Origin: Eledone cirrhosa
Taxonomy: Eukaryota
Assembly (NCBI GenBank): GCA_964016885.1
Contig: OZ024740.1
Span: forward strand, 57,908,001 to 57,972,000
Length of the DNA: 64,000 nucleotides
Direction of reading: 5' to 3'
Shown here: positions 26,944-39,760 of the stretch, one piece after another
Numbering within the stretch: the stretch's first letter is position 1
Layout of the letters: the number at the start of each line of letters is the position of its first letter
Position numbers and translations under genes: made by a program
Notes under the pieces: generated by a model
Databases searched by the model: none
What the model was told of the DNA's origin: nothing
The model's input: the letters and a program-made list of their open reading frames with translations, nothing else

Positions 26944-27405
26944 TTAATTAGGTTTATAATATTTGAAGGTTCTTCTAATTCTATGATTGCAAGATATAAT
27001 TAATTCCTGTCGCTTATTTAATAGGATATCCTTAGATTTCATGATTTCAAAAAGTTCCTGGGAGCATAACCTACACTCATATATGCTATTTTGATAAGGG
27101 GTGGCCCTTTTGAGCATGCTCCAGGTCAGGTTGTAATCGATATTCTTCTTTCTATAATTATTAATTGTTTCAGCCAAGGATGTTGTATTAGCTAATGTGG
27201 CATTTTTAAAACTATGTTTGTGGGTATTAAATCTTACTTTAAATTGGTTAGACATAGCTCCTATATATGAATAAGGGGAGTCTTTAGTGCTAATTTTACA
27301 TTTATAGACTATGTTATTAATAAGATAATTTCCCTTTAATGGGCAATTTCTTTTGATTCTACAGTTACATCCATTCGTGAATATTATATCAGGGGAGTTA
27401 GTCAA
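26944..27405 (-). CDS. GIY-YIG endonuclease domain of Penelope-like element 1
   Basis: CNCR..NCPLKG..NIVYKC..SYIG..FKVRFNTH..CRLC..E..LLNKRQE..CNH, a Cys-rich linker plus GIY-YIG as in PLEs. This is a fragment of a larger disrupted ORF. Confidence 0.85.
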   Translation of the reverse strand: MTNSPDIIFTNGCNCRIKRNCPLKGNYLINNIVYKCKISTKDSPYSYIGAMSNQFKVRFNTHKHSFKNATLANTTSLAETINNYRKKNIDYNLTWSMLKRATPYQNSIYECRLCSQELFEIMKSKDILLNKRQELIISCNHRIRRTFKYYKPN

Positions 27406-27717
27406 ATTTGGTGTGGAGTTTACTCGACTTGTTATAGGGGAAGGAGATGGTGGTTTGTTGCGGTTTATTTTAGCATTATGGTTGGTTTGATGTGTTGGTT
27501 GTATATTTGTGTTTTTTTTACACTTATATGTGTTGTACGCACTTATATTCTGTTGTATATTTTTGGTAGGGGAGTAGGAAAATTTGACAGTTGATCTATT
27601 TAAAATTTGATGGTATTTATGGTTTGGTGGGAAGTTTTTCTCTAGGATGAAAAGTTTTCAGTTTTTTTTCAATGAAATGTAAACTGAAAAAGATTAATTT
27701 GTACACCCTACATGAAT

Positions 27718-27788
27718 CTCCCAGACCAGGATTGAACCTCCAGACTAGGATCTCACCATCTCTGGTATTTCCCACTAGGCCACTGAGA
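27718..27788 (-). other. tRNA-like / SINE-head segment at the PLE inversion junction
   Basis: TCTCAG-TGGCCTAGTGG (box A)...GGTTCAATCC (box B)-TGGT-CTGGGA. The ends can pair like an acceptor stem. Confidence 0.5.
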
Positions 27789-28080
27789 CTGCATGTATAT
27801 GTAAAGGTATGTATATTACCTCTGATAATATGATATACATACCAACACACATATACATCCCAGAAACGATCGTAAAATGATGAATTTTTTAATATAAGGA
27901 ACTTGTTCTTTGTTTTTATTTCATTGTTTTTATTAATTTATCTTGACTCTGTTTTCCTATGATTTTTATCGAAAATTTATGAATGCATCTTCTCTTTTCA
28001 TGATATTTGGATTACATTGATTTCTTCATACGGATTGGACACTACTGTATATTTTGGTAGATTTATCTACATATATATAT

Positions 28081-28268
28081 ATCACCTTGATCACCTTGAC
28101 CGACCAGTCTGTCGGACGCCAATTGGCGCCGCTGGTCACAGCACGTTGCGCTTTTTTAGCCATAAGATAATGCCATCCCACTGGCTGGGCGGGCAGGCCG
28201 GTACTCATTTCTACAGCTGAATAAACTGGAGCAATGTGAAATAAAGTGCCTTGCTCAAGGAAACAACA
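28081..28268 (-). mobile_element. SINE fragment (family 3): shared central domain, GGTGATCAAGGTGAT tail
   Basis: TTCCTTGAGCAAGGCACTTTATTTCACATTGCTCCAG core as in 16315 and 50508, with a different 3' part. Confidence 0.7.
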
Positions 28269-28313
28269 TATATATATATATATATATATACATATATATA
28301 TACATATATATAT

Positions 28314-28417
<104 letters not shown>

Positions 28418-28439
28418 AGTAAGATGTATATATATACAG

Positions 28440-29650
28440 CATCATCATCACCGTTTTACGTCCGTTCTTCCACGCTAGCATGGGTTAGACGGGTTGCCCT
28501 GTTGTGGGCAGTGTCCGGTCGGCTGACCATGCCTTGCTCATACGGGAACTGATTCTGGCTTGATTTCTACAGCTGGATGCCCTTCCTAACACCAACCTCA
28601 TTTACAGTGAGTGCTGGGTGCTTTTTTTCCGTTGTGACTACGCGTCCACTTTACAGTGTGGGCTGGGTGCTTTTTTGCTGTGGCACCTCCATGACCACTT
28701 TGCAGTGAGAGGGTGTGGGGGCTTCAGCTTCAGCTTGTACCCGTGGGGACTCGGGTCTTCTGTATTACTGTGTGACGCTAGAGGTCACGGTTGTGTGTCA
28801 TCATCTTTGAGAGGTGTAATTGGGTAAGGTCGGCCTTTATCACCTCATCCCAGGTCTTCTTGGGTTTCCCCACTCCGCGGTTTCCATCGACTTCTACTGC
28901 TCTGAACCTTTTTATGCAGCTGTCATCCTTCATACGCATCTCATGTCCATACCAACGCAACCGCCTCTCCTGCACGCAGCATTTGATTCCTCTTATGCTC
29001 AGTCTCTCTCTCAATTCATTTATGCTTTGCCGTTCACGTATATTACTATTACACATCCATCGGAGCATGCAGGCTTCATTTCTTTCTAATCTACGCAAGT
29101 TTTCCACAGTCAGCACCCAGGTCTCACTACCATGTAACATTGCTGTTTGTATACATGCATCATACAGTCTGCCTTTCATTTTGAGGGAGAAGCCTTTTGC
29201 AGCTAGCAGTGGAAGTAGCTCCCTGAACTTCTTCCATCCCATTCTTACCCTAGTTATTGTACTTTCCGAACACCCACCTCCACTGCTAATTCGGTCACCT
29301 AGGTAGCAGAAGCTGTCTACTGTTTCTATAGAGCCCTCCCAGAGTTTGGTGGTACTTGTTTCCTGTGGCTGTTTGCCGCTTGCTGTCCCAGCACAGCTGC
29401 TACATGTGAAGCCTACATTCTTAGTTAAGCTTCCTGAGATCACGCTACATCTCTTGTGTACCCATTGTTTGCATTTGGGGCAGAGAATGGAGTTCCTACC
29501 TACACCTTTTCTATATACTGAGCAAGGCCATTTGCCTGAGGGGATCTGGGTTCTGTTTTCTCGTCTACTTTCAAGGACCTTAGTCTTTGTCAGGTTTACT
29601 TTGAGACCCTTTCTTTCTAGTCCCTGCTTCCAAGTTTGGAATTTCTTCAG
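28440..29650 (-). mobile_element. RTE LINE subfamily B, 5'-truncated
   Basis: ORF 28778-29443 (DSFCYLG, RRLRWYGH), PHD-like region, 3'UTR and (GAT)n tail. Confidence 0.92.
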
Positions 29651-29964
29651 AGTGGACTGAAAAATTTATATTGTGGTACAGGTACTACTGCCACAGAAAG
29701 CAGACGGGTATTTTTCATCTTGCCACCATCACAATCATCTAACAAGGTGGACTAGGTGCTTTTTATTGTGGCTCTAGCAATATCACATTACAACACTCAG
29801 ATGCTTGTTCGCTAGGCTTGGAAGGCATTAATGATTGTGGGTATGTAAAATGAGAGGCGGGGGGGGGGGGGGGGCGCACAATCTACATCTTGGGGATAAG
29901 GGGATAATCATGGAAAAATAAAGGAGTGCAGGGTGGATGTGAGTGAGGAGATAAAAAGATGGTA

Positions 29965-30115
29965 GTCTTCTTCTTCTTCTTCTTCGCCCACTTATTCCTG
30001 AAAGGGTCATGGGGGCAGAGTCCTCAAATGCTCCTTCTAGTGGGTCCTGTCAGAAGCAACTATCTCCAACTGATCCGGCTGGATCCCCAAGCATGACCAG
30101 CCAAGCTGATGGACA
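29965..30115 (-). mobile_element. 3' end of a LINE-like element with a (GAA)n tail
   Basis: TCTGACAGGACCCACTAGAAGGAG...GACCCTTTCAGGAATAA...(GAA)n. Homologous to the + strand copy at 31680-31790. Confidence 0.6.
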
Positions 30116-30274
30116 TTATAATATCATGTGGGTGAAAAGATAAAGTGATGGTAAAATAGAAAAAAAAATAGGCAAGCATTTTCAATGCTGGAGAAGAAAT
30201 GAAGTGATAGTAGTAATGGAGAAAAATACAAGGGTAGGGGAGCATGCTGAACAAGGACGATGAGATGACATGAT

Positions 30275-30457
30275 AATAATAATTGCTTCTACTTTCGGCA
30301 CAAGGCCAGCAATTATCCCAGTGCATTACTGGTACTTTATTTTATTGTCCCTGTAAGGATGAAAGGCAAAGCTAACCTCAGCGGGATTTGAACTCAGACC
30401 ATAAAGGGTCGTAACTCTATGCTGCAAAGCATGGCGTCCAGCCCTCTACCGATACTG
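30275..30457 (-). mobile_element. tRNA-derived SINE (family 1)
   Basis: Reverse complement matches 32195-32370, including box B and tail. Confidence 0.85.
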
Positions 30458-30689
30458 AAATGATAATAATAATGTAGAAAGATATAGTGGGTGCATATCA
30501 GATGTGGGTGAAGAGATAAAATAATTGTAGTAATGTCGAAAAATAAACATGGGGATGGAGATGGCATGTTGGATGTGGGTGAAGATGAAATGATTGTAAT
30601 GTTAACAAGGAAAGTGGACATTAAATGATGATGATATATATGTATTTATTAAATACACGCACACACACATATATATATACATACACACA

Positions 30690-31610
30690 CACAGAGTCCA
30701 TTAGTGAAACATGATAGCTTTTCAATGGTGGCAAATAGAGTATATTGACAACTGTTATTGACTAAATGAATGTGATTTAAAAGCACATATGTTAACAGAT
30801 AAATAACTGTTCATTTAATCTTGTCAAGAATGTATCAAAATACCTCCTACTGTTTAATCCACTTACTTATAGTTTAGTCTGAAAATTCTTTATTGTGTGT
30901 TCTACTGTACCTTGAGGCATTGCAATAATTTCCTGATAAAATAACAACTTTCAGTACATCAGGTATATGTAATTTATTGACAAACCCTTTCCTTTTGAGG
31001 TAGCCACAAAAGGTCAGGTAATTGCGTAGGACATATCATGCTGGGAAATAATATACAATGGCCTATAACAATTTCTTAAATAATGTCCATGAAAACTCTT
31101 TCAGTATGAGTGGCTGCTCCATTTTGTTAAATTGTTTGTTCAATTCTGTGAAAAGGTAGTTGTACAATATCTACATATAAAAACCTGAATTCACTGTTCC
31201 TGCATGTCAACTTCCTTCAAAGAAATATGGGCCTGTCACACTATATTTTGCTGCATAGTATCACACTATTACACTTCACAGTGAAAGAGACACTCATGAA
31301 GTTGTTGACCAATCAATAGTAAAAATTTTGCTTGTTTACACAAGCAGACAGATGAAAATATACTTTGTCATTCATGAGAAGAACCATGTCATCTGTCCAT
31401 ATTGCTAGCACATTTTCTGGCTTTCCCAAGTCATATTGATTTATTTCTTACACAACTATAATCTTATAAACTTGAAAATTTAAATCAAGGTGCAATATCT
31501 TTCACACACTATAATCTGAAATTATTAGTGCAATGCCATGTTTTCACACAGAATGGTGAGGACTGTTCACTACAGTCTACATAAAAGCACACACCCCCAA
31601 TCCAATATTT
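30690..31610 (-). mobile_element. Decayed Tc1/mariner transposon
   Basis: Remnant motifs QNGAATHT (QQDGA-like) and FCGYLK (FLWGYLK-like) on the minus strand. Confidence 0.6.
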
Positions 31611-31679
31611 TACAATGTTTGAGCAGTTTTCACACCATCCAATTTTGTACTGCAAGATGATTGGATAACATCCATGAGC

Positions 31680-32070
31680 TCGGATGGAAATGATTGTTTC
31701 TGACAGAACCCACTGGAAGGAGTGTCTGAGGAATCTGCCACCACGACCCTCTCAGGAATATATGGAAGAAGAAGAAGAAGAAGAAGAAGGATCAGGATGA
31801 AGAGGATCAGTATGAGGATGAAGAAGGGGGAGGCAGAGGAGGAGGATGATAAGGAGGAGGAAGAGGAGGAGGAGGGGACGAAGAAGGGGAGGTGGAGGAG
31901 GAGGAGGAAGAGGGGATGAAGAAGGGGAGGTGGAGGACGATGATGATGATGATGAGGAGGAGGAGGAGGAGGAGGAGGGTAGAAGAAGGGGAGACAGAGG
32001 AGGATTGGGGTGAGGAGGAAGAGGAGGAGGAAGAAAGGGGAAGCGCTGGACGATGAAGATGATGATAAGG
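31680..32070 (+). repeat. LINE-like 3' end whose (GAA)n tail grades into a ~280-bp (GAG/GAA/GAT) low-complexity tract
   Basis: Direct inspection. Confidence 0.7.
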
Positions 32071-32194
32071 AGGAGAGAATATCCCTTGTCCCACTGCTAT
32101 AGTGCTACTCAACTCAACATATAACTCCCCCATCTATTGCCATTTTAACCTTTTAGTATTAACATTACTCTATATTTACTATTATATTTTCATG

Positions 32195-32370
32195 GATTGG
32201 CAATATCGGTAGAGGGTCGGATTCCATGCATAGAGTTACGGCCCTTGCCATTCTGAGTTCAAATCCCACCGAGGTTAACTTTGCCTTTCATCCTTACGGG
32301 GTCGATAAAATAAAGTACCAGTAATGCACTGGGTAATTGCTGGCCTTGTGCCAAATGTAGAAACTATTAT
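32195..32370 (+). mobile_element. tRNA-derived SINE (family 1)
   Basis: TGGCAATATCGG (box A-like), GAGTTCAAATCC (box B), CTTTCATCCTTACGGGGTCGATAAAATAAAGTACCAG. Confidence 0.87.
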
Positions 32371-33495
32371 ATTTTCATGGAAAAGGCTTTATCTCACATA
32401 ATATTGAATCTATGAGATTTTGATATTATTTATTTTGAGAAGAATACCTTAACGTTAGTATGGGAAAGTAAAGGAGTATATTTCATTTATGTTCTGAATG
32501 CAAATTCTACCATGGTTAATTTTCTTTTTCATCTTTTGGGGTTTCATAAAATAAGCATGGTCATATTCTTCTTTTCACTATATTCATAGACTCACAAATT
32601 TGTAGTAGCTCCTTGCTTATGTGAAAACCCCTATCATGATCATGATCATGATCATCATCATTGTCATCATCACTGTTTAATGTCCATTTTTCCACGCTAA
32701 TATATCATTATCATTTTATCTCCGCTTTCCTTGCTGGCCAAAGTTGAACTGGTCACCATAGTCTCAGTCAGTTCTTATTCAGAGTTACTACTTTCCTGGA
32801 TGGGTCAGGAGATCACATCATGCTTGCATATTCCAAATTTTGATATAGTCTCCATAGTTGGATGCCCTTCTTAACACCATTTATTTTATACAGAGTATAG
32901 GTGCATTTTGTCATGACACCAGCACTAGAGAGGATGTCATGTCCTCAACAGGACTAAAGATTCCACTATACCCTACATTTATCAACCACTTTACAGAGTG
33001 TACTGAGTGCATTTTATTAATCTTGCTTGACATATATACATTACTATATGATTCTTCAGTACAATATGTGTAGTATCTTCTGATAAGGAGATAAATACAT
33101 ATCAGTAATCACTTATATTTTCCGTGTACAGAAAAAAATACTTACATTTCATTTTTTTCACTGTAAGGTTTCTAATTCAAAAACGGTAGACAATGATAAT
33201 GATAACTTACCTTAATTGTTGAAATATACTGTATTCCAACATATATCATCGTTTTCATGTCTATTTTTCCATGTTTGATGGAGCTTTTTAAGGCAATGTT
33301 TTAAAACCAGATGCTATTCCTGACACCAACCCTTTTAGTCACCTCTTACAATACACAGGAATTTGGTATACTTATTCTAAACAGAATACATACAGTCATA
33401 TATATCATCATTTAATGTCCATTTTCCCTGGTATATATCAATATATTCCAATTCCAACCCGCCCGTCCTCTCAATCTATCTTATTTCTCATTCTT

Positions 33496-33531
33496 TCTTC
33501 TGATGAAGGACTAGCATCCGAAACGTTAAGA
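33496..33531 (+). ncRNA. Minimal hammerhead ribozyme in a solo pLTR/retrozyme-like fragment (~33435-33620)
   Basis: TCTT-CTGATGA-A-GGA(CTAGCA)TCC-GAAACGTT-AAGA. Palindromic AACGTT in stem III. Confidence 0.75.
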
Positions 33532-34471
33532 CCCTCTTCCTCTATATTAAACATTAACCTAATATATCCCTTCCATATACTGTACCGATTGTGTTGTTTT
33601 TTTCTGTTTACCTTTTACATACATACATACATACATATACGTATATATAATATATATATACTAAAAAATTAAACAAAAAACAAATATGCCCATACATATT
33701 TATACACTTACATACAAAATATTTTCACATTACAATAGAAGAGTTGTAATTATTAGTTATACAAGCTCATGGATAATGGTTTTCCTTGTATCTGACACTG
33801 CAATAAAGTGTTATTTTGGTTCATAAGATCATACTGCTAAAACTGATTAGGGGATTTGGTTATCTGAATAATTCAAAATATCCCAAACTATTTTCCCAAA
33901 TGCTTTGTATCATTACAGATGGATTTGGTAACATTGAAACAAGCCAAGACAAGATAAGTTAGGAATAGATAGATTTTCCAAAGTTCTTTTCTACAATATA
34001 GATAATACTACCAAACACCTTTCAAAATTGATATACTAATACTATCAAAAATAATGAGTTAAGTTGATGTGGCATAAAGATAACTTATATCTAATGTTTG
34101 GAGTAAAATCTTTCCATAGAAGAATTAATAGTCACAAAATTAATAGCCATTATTGCAGATTTATTTCTTCATAATAGATGAGGCTTTTGTTTATGTACAA
34201 TGTATTTGGCAGAGTCATTAGAACATCAGATAGAATGCTTTGCAGTATTTGTTCTGGCTCTCTGAGTTTAAATTTGTTTTTGAGGTCAATAATAAAAGTA
34301 TCCATCCTGTACTGGGGCTGATTCTTCTTTTATATCTCTATCTCACTTCTTCTCTCTCTCCTTCTCTGGAAGAAATCAGCTGTGTTTTGACATGGAGAGG
34401 GAATGGTCTCTGCAATCAGGAATTACAGATCCCATACACACATTTCTGTGTGTGTGTGTGTATTTATATAT

Positions 34472-35691
34472 ATCATCATCATCATCACCGTTTTACATCC
34501 ATTCTTCCACGCTAGCATGGGTTAGACGTGTTGTCCTGTTGTGGGCAATGTTAGGTCGGGTGACCTTGTCTTGCTCATACGGGAACTGATTTTGGCTTGC
34601 TTTCTACAGCTGGATGCCCTTCCTAGCACCAACCTCATTTACAGTGAGTGCTGGATGCTTCTATTCCATGTCGGCTACTGAACCACTTTACAGTGAGGTC
34701 TGGGTGCTTTTTTGTTGTGACACCTCCACGATCACTTTACAGTGGGGGCATATTGTCTATATACTTTGGCTTCAGCTTGTACCCGTGGGAAGTCGAGTCT
34801 TCTGTATTACTGCATCATGCCAGAGGTCATGGTCCTGTGTCATCACCGTTGAGAGATGCAATTGGGCAAGGTCCGCTTTTATCACCTCATCCCACGTCTT
34901 CTTGGATCCCCTCACTCCATGGCTTCCATCAACTTTTAGTGCTCTGCACCTTTTTATGCAGCTGTCATTCTTCATACACATTACATGTCCATACCAACGT
35001 ATCCTCCTCTCCTGCATACAGCATTTGATCCAGCTTATGCTCAGTCTCTCTCTCAGTTCGTTTATGTTTTGCTGTTCTAATCTACGCAAGTCTTCTATAC
35101 ACAGTGCTTAGGTCTAACTACCATGTAACATTGCTATTCATATGCACACATCATACAGTCTGCGTTTCATTTTGAGGGAAAAGCTTTTTGCAGCTAGCAG
35201 TGGTGGTAGCTCCCTGAACTTCTTCCATCCCATTCTTACGCTGGTTACTGTACTTTCAGAACACCCACCTCCACTGCTAATTTGGTCACCTAAGTAGCAG
35301 AAGCTATCTACTGTTTCTATAGAGCCTTCCCAGAGTTTGGTGGTGCCTGTTTACTGTGGCTGTTTGCTGCTACATGTAAAGCTTACATTCTTAACTAAGC
35401 TTACTGAGATCCCATTACATCTCTTGTGTATCCATAGTTTGCATTTGGGGCAGAGGATGGAATTCCTACCTACACCTTTCCTATATACTAAGCAAGACCA
35501 TTTCCCTGAAGGGATCTGGGTTCTGTTTTCTCGTCTACTTATGAGGACCTTAGTTTTTGACAGGTTGACTTTGAGACCCCTTCTTTCTAGTCCCTGCTTC
35601 CATGTCTAGAATTTCTTCTTTAGTTCCACTATAGACTCAGCTATAAGTGTAAGATCATCTGCATACAGAAATTCCCATGGGCATCCGGTCT
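34472..35691 (-). mobile_element. RTE LINE subfamily B, decayed, 5' end at TGCPWEFLYADD
   Basis: Collinear with 47565-48866, with small deletions and stops. Confidence 0.9.
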
Positions 35692-36429
35692 AATATATGT
35701 ATTCATACATGAATCCTGGGTTCAATCAGGGGTAACCACAGTAAGTAACGTTCTCAATACATTAGTAGAATAAATACAAAAAAATTAATATAGAAATGGA
35801 TTTTCTATATTAAATTTGTTATGTATATATGTATACAGGTTTGTACGTGTGCATGACTTATGTGAAAAAGAAACTGAGTTAGACACAGTAGAAAAAATGC
35901 AACAGCTCTAGTTATGGCAGCTTATCAAGATCAAATGTGTTTGTATGATATCACTCTCTTTAAAACATTTTGCTGTTAGCATAACAAATTGGCAAAATAT
36001 CTTTACCTTTTTTTCTACTGGTCTCAGTCAATGGCATGCTGTTATGCAGGAGTCTCACTTTTAAATGCTTTTAGTTGATTATAACTACCTCAGTATTTTG
36101 TCTTATAGACATTTTTACCATTCTAGTATCACAACCACTGTTACCACCATTTTTACATTCATTTTTTCATGCTGGCATGGATTTGGAGTTATAATAGAGT
36201 TGACATGTTGGTTATATGTTTCAATTTCAGCATAGTTACTATGGTTCGATTCTCAGTTATTTTACGGAATGTATTTAGTGCATTTTGTAAATTAGCTGGT
36301 GACAGGAACGGAATCTAGTAGTTGATAGTTTCTATGACTTAACAGTGGAGTGGATTGCTCTGAAAGCATAGCAGCTAGAATTAGAACAGGCTGGAAAAAG
36401 TTTATGGAGTTACTATCTCTGTTGACAAC

Positions 36430-36895
36430 AAAGAGATTTTCTTTCCAAGCAAAGGATAGATTGTATGATGTCTGTGCAAGAAATATGATGCTGCATAACA
36501 GTGAGACTTGTGCGTAAATACAGATATACAGAGATTGAAGATGAAGGGAGCATGCTTCATTGGATCTACAGTATTAGAGTGCATGAAAAACAGGTATGGA
36601 TGAAACGAGAGGAAAACTGGGTATAAGAAGAATCAAATGTGATGTGCAAGAGAGAAGATTGTGCTGGTTTGGACATGTCATGCATATGGATGAGGAATGC
36701 TGGGTGAAGAAGTGCCAGTAGAAAGAAGCTACAGTAGAGTAAGACTGAGAAAAACCTTGGTTAGAGCTGATTTCCAAACACTGAACCTCACAGAGGAGAT
36801 AATGAAGGAATGCTGCAAATGAAAGAAGGCCATGCTGGAATGGACCTGTCCAACCCATGCAAACATGGGAGGGTGAATATAAAAGGATGATGATT
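36430..36895 (+). mobile_element. Decayed RTE 3' fragment
   Basis: KLGIRRIKCDVQERRLCWFGHVMHM remnant and a GATGATGAT tail. Confidence 0.75.
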
Positions 36896-37446
36896 TATCA
36901 ACAACATAAAGTGATCATTGTAACAGATTGTGCATTGTGCTGCTGTGTTGAACTTACTACTCTACCATAAATATTATTCAATAATAAACATAAGTTGTTC
37001 TTGGACTATTAGTAAATTTATTAGATTTAAAAATAATTTGCAAAGTCACTATTATTATAAAGAAAATCAGTTAATGAATTTTCAAAAAAAATATTCATAT
37101 AGTTTAAGAAATAGAGGATGTATGCTGATGGAATGTCATTCATTCCTTAGTGCATATTTTGTCATCCTCCCATTTGTTCAGTGCCATATTATGATACAGT
37201 TAGCTGTAGAATAATCGCTGTAGTGTTTCATAACAGGAGATAGAAAAATTAACTTCTCACGATGATCTGTGTTTATATTGATGAGCAAGCTAAATGTTTA
37301 TGATAAAAACTTAACACCTTTGTTGGATGTGCAACAGATATCTAGGATACTCAGAATTCTAGTCATATTCATTTAATTTTTGTAGTAGTACACCATGTGT
37401 CTCTTGTGAAGAAAATGAATATACTTTTTATTCCTTGGAGGAATTT

Positions 37447-39135
37447 GATGATAATAATAATAATGAAATTATTGTGTAAAGTGCTCAGGTGCACTACAAC
37501 TCGTCAAAGGTGTATGTATAGTACATAGAATAATACACAAATGTCAGGGAAGTACATGTGTGTATGTGTTAGCTGTAGTGTTGGCGGATCTCGGGAAGCA
37601 TGGAGGCCTTAAAGGATGCAGTGTCTCAACAGCTAACAACTGATGCAGGTAGTTTGTTCCATGCTTCAGCAACTCTGAGCGTGAAAAAATGTTTCCGAAA
37701 GTCATGGGAACTGTGCTGTTTTCTTACTTTGTGGGCATGTCCACGTGTGTTAGACACATGGAAATCAAAAAGGTACTCAGGGTTGTTGTTGGCAACATGG
37801 TTAACAATTTTGTGGGTGTTTACCAAGTCAGTTGCCAGGCGTCGGAGCTTCAATGTATCCATGCCCAGGGAAGCAAGGCACTCAGAGTATGGTAGATGCC
37901 TGATGGAGGGTATTCGCTTGGTTGCACATCTCTGAACAGTTTCCAGGCGGTCAATGTTCTGAGCAAGATAGGGGTTCCAGACTGGTGATGCAAATTCTAA
38001 GTGTGGTCGCACCATAGCCATGTATAGCCTTAAATAGATATCTGGAGAGCGGCTGACAAAGGTCTTGCTGAGTGATGCTAAGACACCCTCGGCCCTCTTG
38101 ACAATTTTAGAGACGTGCCTCGTCCAACGCAAATCGCTGCTGACCGTAATGCCCAGGTCACGTTCACAAGAAGACTTCTTGATATTAGTGCTGTGGAGGG
38201 AGTATGTGGACGCTGGGTTTTTACTCCCAAAATGCATGGTGGTGCACTTGTCCACAACTAGCTTGAGTTGCCAGTCTGAGATCCTTTGTTGCATTGTGTC
38301 CAGGTCAGACTGCAAGCAAGATCTATAGTGTTCAGGATCTGTCCCTTTTATCTCAAGGTACAGCTTGATGTCGTCTGCGTACTTTAGTACTGTGGCATTC
38401 TTTAAGTTGGCATCTATGTCATTAATATATGCCACAAACAAAAGGGGGCCAAGAACAGATCCCTGTGGTACACCAGATGACATCTCATATGGTGAGGAAT
38501 GCTGTCCCAGAACCGTGACTACCTCTCTTCGACTGAGAATGAAGGACTTCAACCAGTTAAAAAGATCATCCTTCACATCTATTGCAGAGAGTTTTGCCAT
38601 AAGCCTTTTGTGTGGCACAGAATTGAAGGCTTTCGCAAAGTCAAGGTAAACAACATCCACCCATGAGCCGCCATCAGTGATCCGGGTGATGTCCTCAAGA
38701 AACTCTATAAGTTGATCACAGCAGCTGGAGTTGAGGATAAATCCAAATTGCGAGGGCCGGATAAGACTGTGAGAGCTCCAGAAGTTCCAAAGTGTTTCTC
38801 TGACACAGGATTCCATCAGTTTGGCGATGCAACTAGTAAGACTGACTGGACGATAGTTCACAGGTGATGTGCGGTCACCCTTTTTGAACAGAGGAATGAC
38901 ACTGGCAGTTTTCCACTGTTCTGGAGTAGCACTGTTGTTCAGACAGAATTGGAAGAAGCGTGATAATTGGTGCAGAAGGAAGTACCCACCACATTTAAGA
39001 AGCAGGTACGTAACACCATCAAGACCAGGAGAGGCATGGTTGCGTTTATTTTTTAGGTGACGTCGCAGCATTGCAGGTGTAAATCCCATGGTTGTAATAG
39101 AGTCCGGTGTCATAGGTGGTGGAGATGGTACACTC
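37447..39135 (-). mobile_element. CR1-clade LINE, 5'-truncated, (ATT)n tail
   Basis: Uninterrupted 495-aa RT ORF, short 3'UTR, (TTA)n end. Confidence 0.9.
37626..39113 (-). CDS. CR1-type reverse transcriptase (ORF2 C-terminal part)
   Basis: NYRPVSLTS, YLDFAKAF, GVPQGSVLGP, YADD, ERDLGI and TRGH..RKHFFTLRV..WNKLP. Confidence 0.92.
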   Translation of the reverse strand: MTPDSITTMGFTPAMLRRHLKNKRNHASPGLDGVTYLLLKCGGYFLLHQLSRFFQFCLNNSATPEQWKTASVIPLFKKGDRTSPVNYRPVSLTSCIAKLMESCVRETLWNFWSSHSLIRPSQFGFILNSSCCDQLIEFLEDITRITDGGSWVDVVYLDFAKAFNSVPHKRLMAKLSAIDVKDDLFNWLKSFILSRREVVTVLGQHSSPYEMSSGVPQGSVLGPLLFVAYINDIDANLKNATVLKYADDIKLYLEIKGTDPEHYRSCLQSDLDTMQQRISDWQLKLVVDKCTTMHFGSKNPASTYSLHSTNIKKSSCERDLGITVSSDLRWTRHVSKIVKRAEGVLASLSKTFVSRSPDIYLRLYMAMVRPHLEFASPVWNPYLAQNIDRLETVQRCATKRIPSIRHLPYSECLASLGMDTLKLRRLATDLVNTHKIVNHVANNNPEYLFDFHVSNTRGHAHKVRKQHSSHDFRKHFFTLRVAEAWNKLPASVVSC

Positions 39136-39199
39136 TGGTCTTCAATAATTTTATCTTCTAGTTTATTTGTCCATTATTTATTTGATTTTGTAGTTGTGA

Positions 39200-39760
39200 A
39201 AGACTAAAGTTTTTGATGTAATGCATTTCTTATCCTTTAGATCCTGACATCTAAAAGATACATTTGTTTCATAAGTGTATTTTAGTTGCTTTTAAATACT
39301 TATTTCAATTACTAATATATTTGATTACTAGATGTACATCATGTATATAACAACAACATGTCTATGTTTTATGTTGTGAAATACACTTTTTACAAGCATG
39401 TTAATATATCGAAGATCTAAGCTTAACTGGAAGCATATATTTTTTAACTTTCAGTTTTCCTGTGTGGTTTCTAAATGCAACCTCTGTAGTGCATGTGAAT
39501 AATAATATTTGAAAATAATTTGCAATATATGTACAGGTTTCATCGCTGGAGGATGGTATACATAATAGAGAATAGAGTATATTGCAGTGTTTATTGGCAC
39601 ATTAGTTATTAACTGTTCAACATCTAAAGATACACTGATGCTTTTAGGTGTGGTTGTTCTAAGAATACCAATATATTCAACTGTTGAATTCATCCTAAAA
39701 GTGTTAGGTAAAAGTTTTATTTAATTTTCAAGATATGTGTGACTGAATTAACATATGAGA
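39200..39760 (-). mobile_element. Old Penelope-like RT relic
   Basis: SLDVEQLITNVPINTAI resembles the PLE RT motif S(L/F)DV.SLFTNVP. Confidence 0.6.

Larger units (their letters stand above)
22981..28069 (-). mobile_element. Penelope-like element 1: 5'-truncated, with an inverted pLTR copy at 27783-28069, interrupted by an RTE insertion
   Basis: Linker ILNRSTVKFSYS, GIY-YIG ORF, 3' region with a ~190-bp internal duplication, pLTR with hammerhead. Flanked by (TA)n on both sides. Confidence 0.85.

Noticed and set aside
31722-32133. Acidic / poly-Pro / poly-Ser ORFs
   Set aside because: Low-complexity expansion of a retroelement tail.
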